Notes: generated by a model not told the origin, from the sequence alone. 64,000 nt of DNA from an uncultured virus (IMG/VR IMGVR_UViG_3300029305_005420) (IMGVR_UViG_3300029305_005420); one strand, 5' to 3'; shown: positions 27,450 to 37,154, counted from the first letter of the stretch. A program made the numbers and translations.

Positions 27450-28798
27450 TATATACACCGCATAAATACCAAACATACGCCACCGACTTTATGTTAAAGA
27501 ATCCGGTGTCGGCTGTTTTTCTCGATATGGGTTTAGGTAAAACAGTAATCACCCTAACAGCCATAAACGAGATGTGCAGAAACAGCTTTGAGGTTAGAAA
27601 GGTGCTTGTTATTGCTCCCCTGCGAGTAGCAAGAGACACTTGGCCAACGGAAATTGAAAAGTGGGAACATCTCAAAGGTTTAACCTACGCTGTGGTTGTT
27701 GGCACCGAAGCACAAAGAAAAGTGGCACTAAAAGAAAATGTCAGCGTGTACATAATCAACCGTGAAAATGTGAGCTGGCTCATTGAAAGTAGCGGTTATG
27801 ACTTTGACTTCGACATGGTGGTTATTGATGAGCTGTCATCCTTTAAGAGCTATCAGGCTAAACGCTTCAAAAGCCTTTTGAAAGTACGACCTAAAGTACA
27901 AAGGATTGTTGGTTTAACCGGCACCCCTTCCTCAAACGGTCTTATGGATTTATGGGCGGAGTTTAGAGTTCTTGACCTTGGCAAGAGGCTTGGCAGATAC
28001 ATAAGCCATTACAGAAACAACTACTTCATCCCGGACAAAAGAAACGGTATGGTGGTGTTCTCATACAAACCACTACCCTTTGCAGAGGAAGCCATCTACA
28101 AACAAATCGGTGACATCACCTTGTCAATGAAAGCACAGGATTATTTGGATATGCCTGAATGTGTTTATAACGAGGTGAAGGTAAAGCTCTCAGATAAAGA
28201 GCGAAAAGTTTATGACACCCTAAAAAAGGAGCTTGTGGTTTCTGTTAAAGGCAATGAGGTGGATGCATCAAACGCCGCTGTCCTCTCAAACAAATTATCA
28301 CAGCTCGCAAACGGCTGTATTTACTCCGAAGACAAACGGGTATTAAAGGTTCATGACAGGAAACTTGATGCCCTTGAGGATTTAATCGAAGCCGCTAACG
28401 GCAAACCGGTGCTTGTAGCTTATTGGTTTAAGCACGACCTTGAGAACATAAAGAAACGGTTTGATATCCGTGAGATAAAAACATCAAAGGACATTGCCGA
28501 CTGGAATGCAGGAAAAATCCCCGTAGCGGTTATACATCCTGCATCTGCCGGACACGGTTTGAATTTACAAGCCGGGGGTTCCACCCTTATTTGGTTTGGC
28601 ATCACTTGGAGCCTTGAGCTGTACCAACAGACCAATGCTCGACTGTGGAGGCAAGGTCAAAAATCAAGCACGGTTGTTATTCATCACATCATCGCTGAAA
28701 AAACCATTGATGAGCAGATTATGAAAGCCTTACACAGAAAAAACGAAACACAGTCTGCACTTATTGAGGCTGTCAAAGCAAACTTGGAGGATATATGA
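27446..28798 (+). CDS. SNF2-family helicase
   Basis: DMGLGKT, VIDELSSFK, LTGTP, GHGLNLQ, Q.NARLWRQGQ. Confidence 0.93.
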   Translation: MIYTPHKYQTYATDFMLKNPVSAVFLDMGLGKTVITLTAINEMCRNSFEVRKVLVIAPLRVARDTWPTEIEKWEHLKGLTYAVVVGTEAQRKVALKENVSVYIINRENVSWLIESSGYDFDFDMVVIDELSSFKSYQAKRFKSLLKVRPKVQRIVGLTGTPSSNGLMDLWAEFRVLDLGKRLGRYISHYRNNYFIPDKRNGMVVFSYKPLPFAEEAIYKQIGDITLSMKAQDYLDMPECVYNEVKVKLSDKERKVYDTLKKELVVSVKGNEVDASNAAVLSNKLSQLANGCIYSEDKRVLKVHDRKLDALEDLIEAANGKPVLVAYWFKHDLENIKKRFDIREIKTSKDIADWNAGKIPVAVIHPASAGHGLNLQAGGSTLIWFGITWSLELYQQTNARLWRQGQKSSTVVIHHIIAEKTIDEQIMKALHRKNETQSALIEAVKANLEDI

Positions 28799-29022
28799 GA
28801 ATTGACCCATACGAAGAACTCGCAAACGCCATTATTTTATCGGCGGTAAAAGACTATAGGAAATATTTAAGAATTATCAAAAAATATCCCCGTGATATCA
28901 GCACTCGAAATAAAGCTCGTGCTATCGAGCGATTTTTCAGGTCTAATTATTTCTCAATTTTGAGTAATGCAAACCCCGAAGAGATTATCACGGGATTAAA
29001 CGAGGAGGTTTTTGGCAAATGA
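28795..29022 (+). CDS. Conserved phage hypothetical protein
   Basis: YE.LANAII..AVKDYR...ERFFRS; coupled start/stop. Confidence 0.75.
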   Translation: MRIDPYEELANAIILSAVKDYRKYLRIIKKYPRDISTRNKARAIERFFRSNYFSILSNANPEEIITGLNEEVFGK

Positions 29023-29444
29023 AAATAATCGAATATTTAGGACAGGCCTACAGGCTTGATTTAAGAATCAACTCACATATCGAGGAATTAGATGCCTTAA
29101 ATGAGATGATATACGGAATTTCATCTCCAAAATTATCTGAAAGGGTTTCTACATCCCCTACAAACGAGGCACCTTTTGTAAAAACGATATGCAAGATGGT
29201 AGAAATGCAAGATTTGATAAATAGCGAAATCGACAAGTTCGTTGATTTGAAAAAGCAAATCAGGGAGGTTATAGACGCTGTTTCTAACCCCAATGAAGCT
29301 ATGGTTTTGAGATACCGCTATATATCGAACCTTACATGGGAGGAAATCGCCATAGAAATGCACGCTGATAAAAGCACTATTCGCAGGTGGCACAGTACGG
29401 CTATTGCCAAGGTGAAAATGCCCGATAATCCCATTGTCATATAA
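29019..29444 (+). CDS. RinA/ArpU-like (DUF1492) late transcriptional activator
   Basis: VL.YRYI..LTWEEIA..M......IRRWH..A; position before HNH/terminase. Confidence 0.8.
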   Translation: MKIIEYLGQAYRLDLRINSHIEELDALNEMIYGISSPKLSERVSTSPTNEAPFVKTICKMVEMQDLINSEIDKFVDLKKQIREVIDAVSNPNEAMVLRYRYISNLTWEEIAIEMHADKSTIRRWHSTAIAKVKMPDNPIVI

Positions 29445-29445
29445 G

Positions 29446-29517
29446 TTGAGCAGAAATAAGCACATTTAAGCACATTTGAGCACACATAAGCACCCCTTGT
29501 TTATGCTAAGCTATAAT
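29446..29517 (+). promoter_or_regulatory. Late promoter: five tandem 10-bp repeats (WTRAGCA) then TATAAT
   Basis: TTGAGCAGAA ATAAGCACAT TTAAGCACAT TTGAGCACAC ATAAGCACCC; -10 at 29512-29517. Confidence 0.7.
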
Positions 29518-29594
29518 TAGCAAAAAGCGTAAACTTGAGCCTTGTGGGTGCCTCACCTACAGGGCTTTTATTATGCCCTAAAGGAGGTGAGCAA

Positions 29595-29948
29595 ATGCCA
29601 AGGAAACCTAAACGCCCCTGTTCCTACCCCGGCTGTCCGAGGCTTACAGAGGGTCGCTTCTGTGAGGAGCACCAAAAGGCCGAGGCTAAGCGGTACGAGA
29701 AGTACGACAGGGACCCTGCTGTACGCCGTAGGTACGGGCGAGCGTGGAAACGCATCCGTGACAGCTTCGTAGCACAGCACCCACTATGTGAGCTATGCAA
29801 AGCCGAGGGTAAGCTGACACCAACACAAGAAGTACATCATAAGGTACCCCTCTCCCAAGGAGGCACTCACGATAGAAATAATTTAATTGCTTTATGTAAA
29901 GCGTGTCACTCTCGCATTCATGCACAGCATGGAGACCGTTGGCATTAA
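29595..29948 (+). CDS. HNH endonuclease (packaging-associated)
   Basis: PLCELC...EVHH.VPL..GGTH...NL..LC..CH..IH; RBS AAGGAGG. Confidence 0.92.
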   Translation: MPRKPKRPCSYPGCPRLTEGRFCEEHQKAEAKRYEKYDRDPAVRRRYGRAWKRIRDSFVAQHPLCELCKAEGKLTPTQEVHHKVPLSQGGTHDRNNLIALCKACHSRIHAQHGDRWH

Positions 29949-30045
29949 GACCGGGGGGAGGTCAAATCTCTACGACCGCTACTCGGAGCAACGGGCGTGG
30001 GGTATCACGCACAAAATTTCCTATTCAAACAGGGGATTAACCCCA
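29949..30045. other. Putative cos/packaging region
   Basis: GC-rich non-coding gap (CCGGGGGGAGGTCAAATCTCTAC...) between HNH and TerS, the usual cos position in HNH-encoding phages. Confidence 0.5.
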
Positions 30046-30058
30046 AGGAGGTGTATTT

Positions 30059-30598
30059 ATGGCTAAAGACGGCACCAACCGAGGCGGTCCCCGTCCGGGT
30101 ACAGGCCCTAAACCGAAGGCTCTTGTAGATAAAATCAGCGAGGGTCGAACCGACAACATATTAGTCCTGCCCACACCTACAGAATTTGAGGGCGAGGACA
30201 TCCCACCGGTGAAGGATTACTTAAAAGCCACACAAAAAAGTGGCAAAGACCTGTGTGCGGAGCAAGTGTACATCGAAACATATAAATGGCTTAAAGCACG
30301 AGGCTGTGAAAAGTTAGTAAACACCCAGCTTATCGAGCAGTACGCTATGAGCGTTAGCCGTTGGATACAATGCGAGGAATGTATATCTGAATATGGATTC
30401 CTTGCAAAGCATCCGACCACCGGCAACGCCATCGCAAGTCCTTATGTTTCAATGAGCAAAGACTACCTCAAACAAGTCAACGCTACTTGGTTTGCAATTT
30501 ATCAGGTAGTGAAAGAAAACTGTTCTGTGGAATTTGATGGTGCAAGTCCACAAGACGATTTTATGGAGCGATTATTATCCGCTCGGAAAGGACGATAA
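30059..30598 (+). CDS. terS: Terminase small subunit (P27 family)
   Basis: MAKDGTNRGG.R.G.G.K, EQYAMSV.RWIQCE, HPTTGNAIASPYV. Confidence 0.85.
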   Translation: MAKDGTNRGGPRPGTGPKPKALVDKISEGRTDNILVLPTPTEFEGEDIPPVKDYLKATQKSGKDLCAEQVYIETYKWLKARGCEKLVNTQLIEQYAMSVSRWIQCEECISEYGFLAKHPTTGNAIASPYVSMSKDYLKQVNATWFAIYQVVKENCSVEFDGASPQDDFMERLLSARKGR

Positions 30599-30600
30599 CA

Positions 30601-31764
30601 ATGAAAAAATATAAAACTGCGGAAAGTGTCTGCAAAGGACATCCCGATAAGCTCTGCGACATTATTGCAGACAGCATTTTAGACGAATGTCTCATGCTCG
30701 ACAAGTCATCTCGTGTGGCTTGTGAGGTTATGGCCACCGGTCACAAAATCATCGTAGCCGGTGAAATCACCTGTAGCAAATATGTAAATATCAGAAGTGT
30801 AGTTCGTAGGGTTTTATGTAGCATAGGCTATAACCCTTTTGCTTATTTAATTTATGTATATTTACACAAACAGAGTCCCGACATCAAAAACGGTGTAGAT
30901 GTAGCTCTTGAACACAGACAAGGTGATACCACTAAGTGGTATGGTGACCTCGGTGCAGGTGACCAAGGAACTGTGTATGGCTACGCTACCGATGAATGTG
31001 CAGAGATGATTCCCCTCTCTCTTATGTATGCACACAAGATTTGTGAAAGGCTCGACTCTGTAATGAGTGATGGCATCATCAAGGGCATCGGCCCTGACGG
31101 AAAAGCACAGGTAACTATTGAATACGAAGATGAACAACCCAAGCGTGTTAGCTCTATCATCGTTTCAGTTCAGCACAAAAAAGATGTACAGCTTAAACAG
31201 CTCCGTGCAGATATTATTTCAAATGTTCTGTGGCCTGTGTTCGAGCAGTTCCCTTTCGATGATGACACCGAGATTTTAATTAACCCTTCCGGCAGATTTG
31301 TCAAAGGTGGTCCTGCCGCCGATACCGGTCTTACGGGTAGGAAAATCATCGTGGATACATACGGTGGTCACGCCGCACACGGTGGCGGTGCCTTTTCAGG
31401 TAAAGACCCTACAAAGGTTGACCGAAGCGGTGCATACATGGCACGAGCAATTGCTCGCAACATCGTGGCCTGTGGTTTTGCAAAGAGATGTCAGGTTGCT
31501 ATTTCTTATGCAATCGGCAAAGCAGACCCTGTGGCTGTTGAGATTGACACCTTCGGTACAAGCATTGCTTCAGAAGAGATGCTGAAAAAGGCAGTGCTTG
31601 AAGTGTATAACTTAAGACCGGCGGCAATCATAGAAGCTCTTGGACTCCGCCGTCCAATTTATGCAGACACAGCTTGTTACGGTCACTTTGGCAGACTTGC
31701 TAAGTGGGAGTATTACTCAAAGCTCCCTGAACTCAGAAAGGCGGTATACAGCTATGGTGATTGA
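30601..31764 (+). CDS. metK: Phage-borne S-adenosylmethionine synthetase
   Basis: ESV..GHPDK.CD, GAGDQG, DGKAQVT, GLTGRKIIVDTYGG, GGGAFSGKDPTKVDRS. Confidence 0.97.
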   Translation: MKKYKTAESVCKGHPDKLCDIIADSILDECLMLDKSSRVACEVMATGHKIIVAGEITCSKYVNIRSVVRRVLCSIGYNPFAYLIYVYLHKQSPDIKNGVDVALEHRQGDTTKWYGDLGAGDQGTVYGYATDECAEMIPLSLMYAHKICERLDSVMSDGIIKGIGPDGKAQVTIEYEDEQPKRVSSIIVSVQHKKDVQLKQLRADIISNVLWPVFEQFPFDDDTEILINPSGRFVKGGPAADTGLTGRKIIVDTYGGHAAHGGGAFSGKDPTKVDRSGAYMARAIARNIVACGFAKRCQVAISYAIGKADPVAVEIDTFGTSIASEEMLKKAVLEVYNLRPAAIIEALGLRRPIYADTACYGHFGRLAKWEYYSKLPELRKAVYSYGD

Positions 31765-32983
31765 GAAAAAGAAAACCGCTGAACTGCTCCCTGCCGACTA
31801 CAACCCTCGTAAAGATTTAAAACCCGGTGACAAGGAATACGAAAAACTGAAACGCTCCATTGAGCAGTTTGGTTATGTCGAGCCGGTTATTTGGAACAAG
31901 GCGACCGGCAGAGTTGTTGGCGGACACCAAAGACTTAAGGTCTTAATTGATATGGGTATCACCGAGGTTGAGTGTGTGGTTATTGAGCTTTCCGAGGAAA
32001 AGGAAAAAGCTCTCAATGTTGCACTCAATAAAATCTCCGGTGATTGGGATAACGATAAACTCGCTCTTTTGATTGCTGACCTGCAAGGTGCGGATTTTGA
32101 TGTATCTCTAACCGGCTTTGATGATCAGGAAATTGAATCGTTATTCAGAACAGATACTGAAGCAGGTGTTAAAGAGGATGACTTCGATGTTAATGAAGAG
32201 TTACAGAAACCCACCTTCACAAAAGCAGGTGACATTTGGCAACTTGGAAATCATCGTCTTATCTGCGGTGACAGCACCAAAGCTGAAACCTACGATGCTT
32301 TGATGTGCGACAAAAAAGCAAACCTTGTTGTAACCGACCCTCCGTACAATGTTAACTACGAAGGCACCGCCGGCAAAATCAAAAACGATAACATGGAAAA
32401 CAGCAAGTTCTATCAGTTCCTGCTTGATGCCTTTACCAATATGGAAAAGGTTATGGCTGATGACTCAAGCATTTATGTATTCCACGCTGACACCGAAGGT
32501 CTCAACTTTAGAAAGGCTTTCTATGATGCCGGCTTCTATTTATCCGGTACCTGTATTTGGAAAAAGCAGTCCTTGGTGCTTGGCCGTAGTCCTTACCAAT
32601 GGCAACATGAACCTGTGCTGTTTGGTTGGAAAAAGAAAGGTAAGCACAAATGGTACACCGGCAGAAAAGAATCAACCATATGGGAGTTTGATAAACCTAA
32701 AAAGAATTCAGACCACCCAACCATGAAACCTATTCCGCTTGTTGCATACCCGATACTAAATTCAAGTATGAGCAACTCTATTGTTCTCGACCCATTCGGC
32801 GGTAGCGGTAGCACCCTGATTGCTTGTGAACAGACAGATAGAGTTTGCTATACTATTGAACTGGACGAGAAGTTCTGCGATGTAATCGTAAAGCGTTACA
32901 TTGAGCAGGTCGGTTCGTCTGAAAATGTGTCCGTGGTTCGTGACGGCTTGACATATAAATTTGCAGAACTCCAAACCGACTAA
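31754..32983 (+). CDS. ParB-like domain fused to N4/N6 (beta-class) DNA methyltransferase
   Basis: YNPRK..VGGHQR; TDPPYN, HPTMKP, DPFGGSGST. Confidence 0.93.
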   Translation: MVIEKKKTAELLPADYNPRKDLKPGDKEYEKLKRSIEQFGYVEPVIWNKATGRVVGGHQRLKVLIDMGITEVECVVIELSEEKEKALNVALNKISGDWDNDKLALLIADLQGADFDVSLTGFDDQEIESLFRTDTEAGVKEDDFDVNEELQKPTFTKAGDIWQLGNHRLICGDSTKAETYDALMCDKKANLVVTDPPYNVNYEGTAGKIKNDNMENSKFYQFLLDAFTNMEKVMADDSSIYVFHADTEGLNFRKAFYDAGFYLSGTCIWKKQSLVLGRSPYQWQHEPVLFGWKKKGKHKWYTGRKESTIWEFDKPKKNSDHPTMKPIPLVAYPILNSSMSNSIVLDPFGGSGSTLIACEQTDRVCYTIELDEKFCDVIVKRYIEQVGSSENVSVVRDGLTYKFAELQTD

Positions 32984-33106
32984 ACCGTTGTGTCTATTAC
33001 ACAATCTATCAGGAAATAAAACTACATTGTTTTGTAGTATTACATCTTGATAAAATGTCGTTTTAGAGCGAATATGTACCTACCAAAATTAAAGGAGGAC
33101 ACAACG

Positions 33107-33784
33107 ATGACAATCACAATTCACGCACAAGGAACTGAGCGTAAGAGACTGGTGCAGGTCATTTCAAAGTGGCTTGCACTACCTGCAAATTACAGCGGAG
33201 CACCTTCCTTCGAATACAAGATAGGAAGCATCACCGTAAAAAGGGACGGTTCCCTTGAGGTAGACGACAGCCTTAATAACGAGGCTTTCAACAGACTGCT
33301 GACACACATTTATGAAGAGGGTTTTGACATTGACCTAACCGACAGCGAGGAGGGACCTATACAGCCTGAAGGCGTGGCGGTTATTATCCCTCGCAGTCAG
33401 TTGGACGATGAAGCCTTAGAAAAGCTTAAGGTTTTAATAAAGGTCAAAGGCCCACTCATTTGCAAGGCCCTGAATGTTGACAGCCTTCCCCTTGAGGTAA
33501 CCGACACCGAAGTTAAATTTGACTGGTTTGTGGGTAGCACCACACACGAGGAATTTGAAGCCTACGCCACCTTCGTTTGCAAACTCTGTGAGATGGCTCG
33601 AAACCAAAAGCGAATCAACATCACAGACAAAACTGTTACCAACGAAAAGTATGCCTTTAGATGTTTCCTTTTGAGACTTGGCTTCATCGGTGACGAGTAT
33701 AAATCACACCGTAAAGTTTTATTAAAACACTTAACAGGCTCAGCCGCTTTCAAGGAGGTGCCTAAAAATGAAGATGCCGAATGA
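33107..33784 (+). CDS. 'Virulence-related' phage hypothetical protein
   Basis: ERK.LV..IS......Y.GAPSF.Y; NEKYAFRCFLLRLGFIG.EYK..RK.LL..L.G..AF. Confidence 0.8.
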   Translation: MTITIHAQGTERKRLVQVISKWLALPANYSGAPSFEYKIGSITVKRDGSLEVDDSLNNEAFNRLLTHIYEEGFDIDLTDSEEGPIQPEGVAVIIPRSQLDDEALEKLKVLIKVKGPLICKALNVDSLPLEVTDTEVKFDWFVGSTTHEEFEAYATFVCKLCEMARNQKRINITDKTVTNEKYAFRCFLLRLGFIGDEYKSHRKVLLKHLTGSAAFKEVPKNEDAE

Positions 33785-33998
33785 AAGAACTCTTGAGTTC
33801 TTAAGGGAAACTTTCACGGAAGGTACAAGGGTAGAGCTTTTGGCTATGGATGACCCCTACAACAAAAAGCTGAAACCGGGTTGTAGGGGTACCGTAAAGA
33901 GCGTTGACGATATGGGAACCATACATGTTTCTTGGGACTGTGGCTCTTCCCTCGGAGTGGTTTATGGCGAAGATTTATGTAAGAAAATAACCGAATAA
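33768..33998 (+). CDS. DUF4314 family protein
   Basis: GTRVEL..M.DP....PG..GTV..VDD.GTIHV.WD.GSSLG..YGED. Confidence 0.85.
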   Translation: MKMPNERTLEFLRETFTEGTRVELLAMDDPYNKKLKPGCRGTVKSVDDMGTIHVSWDCGSSLGVVYGEDLCKKITE

Positions 33999-34133
33999 TA
34001 ATACACACAATACCACCAAAATAGACCCCGAATGTTTGTGTAATATATAGTGCCAAATTGACTTGATATAGTGTGCTTTTAGAGTTAATATACACACACC
34101 GAAACAAAAGAAAACACTTTACGGAGGCACATT

Positions 34134-35081
34134 ATGAACACAAAAACAGCACAGCAAATCAGAGAAATGAAAGACCAAACAATCGGGGTTGAGATTGAGA
34201 TGAACAACATCAAAAGAGAAACCGCCGCAAAGCTCGCCGCCGAGTTCTTCGGAACACGCCGCTACCAAAACACAGCAAACCGCAACGGATACTTCACTTG
34301 GTCAGCTTGGGATGAAGACGGCAGAGAGTGGAAATTCCAAAGAGATGTTAGCATCGCAGGACCTGACGGTGAAAAGTGCGAATTGGTAACACCGATTTTA
34401 AACTACAACGACATCGAGCTTTTGCAGGAGCTTGTAAGAAGACTTAGAAAAGCAGGAGCAAAAAGCGATGCAACAAGAGGATGCGGAGTTCACATTCACA
34501 TCGGAGCCAACGGTCACACACCACAGACTTTGAGAAACCTTGCAAACATTATGGCGAGCCACGAAAGCCTTTTGATAGACGCCATCAACATAGACCACAC
34601 AAGGTCAGCAAGATACTGCAGAACGGTTGAAACACAGTTCTTAAACGAGCTTAACAGAAAAAAGCCAAAGACAATGGCAAAACTCGCAGACATTTGGTAC
34701 AGCTCACACGGAGCAACCTTCGGCAGAAACCATCACTACAACGACAGCCGCTACCACATGCTCAACCTCCACTCAACCTTCACAAAAGGCACAATCGAGT
34801 TTAGACTTTTCCAATTCGATGCACCGGCAAACGGAAGACGAAACGGACTACACGCAGGACAGCTCAAGAGTTACATTCAGCTTTGCTTGGCACTCACACA
34901 GATGGCAAAGCAAGTAAGAACAGCAAGTCCTAAACCACAGCAAAACGAAAACCCAAGATACGCTATGAGAACTTGGCTTTTGAGACTTGGCTTCATCGGT
35001 GACGAATTCAAAACAGCAAGAGATGTTTTAACAAAAAGACTTGCAGGTGACACAGCCTTTAGAAACGGCAGAACAGCCTAA
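34134..35081 (+). CDS. Putative amidoligase (COOH-NH2 ligase, Amidoligase_2)
   Basis: GVEIE, W....D.SI, ELVTP.L, CGVHIHIG, RY..LNL....KGTIEFRLF. Confidence 0.88.
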   Translation: MNTKTAQQIREMKDQTIGVEIEMNNIKRETAAKLAAEFFGTRRYQNTANRNGYFTWSAWDEDGREWKFQRDVSIAGPDGEKCELVTPILNYNDIELLQELVRRLRKAGAKSDATRGCGVHIHIGANGHTPQTLRNLANIMASHESLLIDAINIDHTRSARYCRTVETQFLNELNRKKPKTMAKLADIWYSSHGATFGRNHHYNDSRYHMLNLHSTFTKGTIEFRLFQFDAPANGRRNGLHAGQLKSYIQLCLALTQMAKQVRTASPKPQQNENPRYAMRTWLLRLGFIGDEFKTARDVLTKRLAGDTAFRNGRTA

Positions 35082-35180
35082 ACGAAAACAGCAGGGATTA
35101 GCCTTATGCTACTTTTCACCCGACCGCTTCGGCGGTCTTAAGGTGGTAGAAGGGTGCTCCTTCAAGAAAGGATGAGTCAA

Positions 35181-35642
35181 ATGACTAAAAGGTATTACAT
35201 TGCTTACGGCAGTAACCTGAATGTACGACAAATGAAACACAGATGTCCCACAGCAAGGATTATTGGAACATCGGAAATTCCCAACTACGAGCTTCTTTTT
35301 AAAGGTAGCAAAACAGGGTCTTATTTAACCATCGAACCTAAAGAGGGTTCCACGGTTCCTGTGGCGGTGTGGGAAGTCTCTGAACGAGACGAACTTGCCC
35401 TCGACCACTACGAGGGATTCCCCACCTTCTATTACAAGAAGGAAATGAACCTACCGATAACCGGAATCAAAACCGGCAAGGTTCGACAGCGAGATGTGTT
35501 CGTGTACATTATGCACGAAGAGCGTCCCCTTGGAATTCCAAGTCGCTTTTATTTAGAAACCTGCCTTGAAGGGTACAGTTGCTTTAGATTCGACGAGGAT
35601 TTCCTTGTAAAGGCTTTAAGGAACAGTGGGGTGAAGATATGA
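35181..35642 (+). CDS. Gamma-glutamylcyclotransferase (AIG2-like)
   Basis: YIAYGSNLN..QM..RCP, LD.YEG.P..Y. Confidence 0.9.
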   Translation: MTKRYYIAYGSNLNVRQMKHRCPTARIIGTSEIPNYELLFKGSKTGSYLTIEPKEGSTVPVAVWEVSERDELALDHYEGFPTFYYKKEMNLPITGIKTGKVRQRDVFVYIMHEERPLGIPSRFYLETCLEGYSCFRFDEDFLVKALRNSGVKI

Positions 35643-35851
35643 AAGAGCAATTAAAAGCCGCTGTGTGCCCTTTGTGTGGGCAACGCTACACAGCACCGTC
35701 TGCCCTCTCAAGGGTGGATAACAAAACCCCTATCTGCCCTGAGTGTGGAACTCGACAGGCCCTGCAAAGTATAGGCGTTCCCCTTGAGGAACAAGAGCAT
35801 ATAATCGAGGTTATTAGGAAGTACAGCACAACCGAAAATAAGGGTAAATAA
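35639..35851 (+). CDS. Small zinc-finger protein
   Basis: CPLCG..Y...ALSR.DN...ICPECG..QAL. Confidence 0.8.
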   Translation: MKEQLKAAVCPLCGQRYTAPSALSRVDNKTPICPECGTRQALQSIGVPLEEQEHIIEVIRKYSTTENKGK

Positions 35852-35961
35852 TACACAGTTTTCTCTCCTTATCTTTGTGTAGATTATGCCTCATAATTAA
35901 CTTGATATAGTGTGCCTTTAGAGTTAATATGACACTACCAAAAGACAAGGAGAGAATCACA

Positions 35962-36153
35962 ATGAAAACCTACAAAACCTTAAAAAACCAAATCGCAGGA
36001 ATTAAAACACAGAACAATTTAATCGATGCCCACATTAAAACCTGCCAAGCCTACAGCAACTACGAACTCAGCCACGAAGAGTTTATGGAATTACGACAGG
36101 ATATGATTTCAAAAAGAGCCGAGCACCACATTGCTTGGGGTCAGGGAATTTAA
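35962..36153 (+). CDS. Small hypothetical cassette protein
   Basis: Own promoter and RBS AAGGAG. Confidence 0.7.
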   Translation: MKTYKTLKNQIAGIKTQNNLIDAHIKTCQAYSNYELSHEEFMELRQDMISKRAEHHIAWGQGI

Positions 36154-36166
36154 GGAGGAAAAAACA

Positions 36167-36427
36167 ATGAAACCTTTTACAACCATCGAGAAGTTACAGC
36201 TTGATTCAATCGGAAGCAACGGTGCAGTATTAAAATACAACGACCACGTCCTTTTCACCTACTGTAATTGGAAAGGTGAATTCACAGGTGAGGTTTACGA
36301 GTTTATCGAAACTCCTGAAGAGACAGGCCTTGGGGATATCGAATGCCGACTCAATTGCATCAAGGTAAGCACCGAGGTTTTTGCAGACGGCGGACACGCC
36401 ATCGAGTGGTGCTTAAAGCAAATATAA
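36167..36427 (+). CDS. Small acidic hypothetical cassette protein
   Basis: RBS AAGGAGG; followed by hairpin GCGGAGCC/GGCTCTGT. Confidence 0.75.
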   Translation: MKPFTTIEKLQLDSIGSNGAVLKYNDHVLFTYCNWKGEFTGEVYEFIETPEETGLGDIECRLNCIKVSTEVFADGGHAIEWCLKQI

Positions 36428-36615
36428 AAACACCTGAAAGCGGAGCCTCCGGGCTCTGTTTTTAGTTGTCATAAACTGCTGTAATATACACAATTTCAAG
36501 CCTTTATCTTTGTGTAGTTTATAGCTCATAATTAACTTGATATAGTGTGCTTTTAGAGTTAATATGGGTACAACGAAAGGGGAACAAACCCCTTAGAAAA
36601 TTGGAGGAATTAAAA

Positions 36616-36978
36616 ATGAAAAAAATCACACTTTTTGAAAAGGCAATCAACGAGAAGGTAAACGACTTAAGCACCTTGGGAATCAACGGCACAATGTTTT
36701 GGGCCTACAGAAGAACACAGGATTCAAACAACGAGTTCCTGAACTTCGACGAGGTTATTTGGGAAAAGGACATTGAGGAGATTGCAAAGGCACTCAACGA
36801 AAACAACATCAGCGAGTTCACAATTTCCTGCAATTACTCAGGACTTATAACAACCCTTGTAGAGTTCGAAAAGCACGGCTTCAAAGTAAGAGGCACAACA
36901 ACAGTAAACGCTTCCTACAAAGATTGGAACACAGGAAAACTCGCAACAATCCCGGCAATCAGAATGTGGAGAGCATAA
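36616..36978 (+). CDS. Small hypothetical cassette protein (DUF7698-like)
   Basis: GIN.T.FWAY......LNF.EVIW..DI..I...L....I.EFTIS; own promoter and RBS. Confidence 0.75.
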   Translation: MKKITLFEKAINEKVNDLSTLGINGTMFWAYRRTQDSNNEFLNFDEVIWEKDIEEIAKALNENNISEFTISCNYSGLITTLVEFEKHGFKVRGTTTVNASYKDWNTGKLATIPAIRMWRA

Positions 36979-37154
36979 GCCTCCCTTCCCTGCAGGGCGG
37001 AGCCGAAAGGCTCTGTTCCTCGTTGTAAAAAACTACACAATATTCCTCCAATATCTTTGTGTAGATTATGCCTCACAATTGTCTTGCTATATGTGGCTTT
37101 CAGAGTTAATATGTGTACACCGAAAGGGAAAACAAAACAACGGAGGACACAACG

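Larger units (their letters stand above)
32998..37112 (+). repeat. Five dispersed promoter/operator units heading small-gene cassettes
   Basis: -35/-10 at 33047/33070, 34063/34086, 35902/35925, 36537/36560, 37084/37107; TACACAA...TTGTGTA palindrome upstream. Confidence 0.88.

Noticed and set aside
30601..31764. metK as a host housekeeping gene marking a prophage boundary
   Set aside because: Tightly coupled to terS and the phage methyltransferase, with phage genes on both sides
33668..35005. 29-bp repeat as a DGR template/variable pair
   Set aside because: No reverse transcriptase in the window, too short, and no adenine-specific mismatches
33060..37112. Repeats containing GTTTTAGAG resembling the start of a type II-A CRISPR repeat; possible CRISPR array or solitary repeat
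   Set aside because: The match is at most 10 bp, spacing is 0.5-1.8 kb with genes in between, and the motif sits at fixed -35/-10 geometry, so a promoter explains it better
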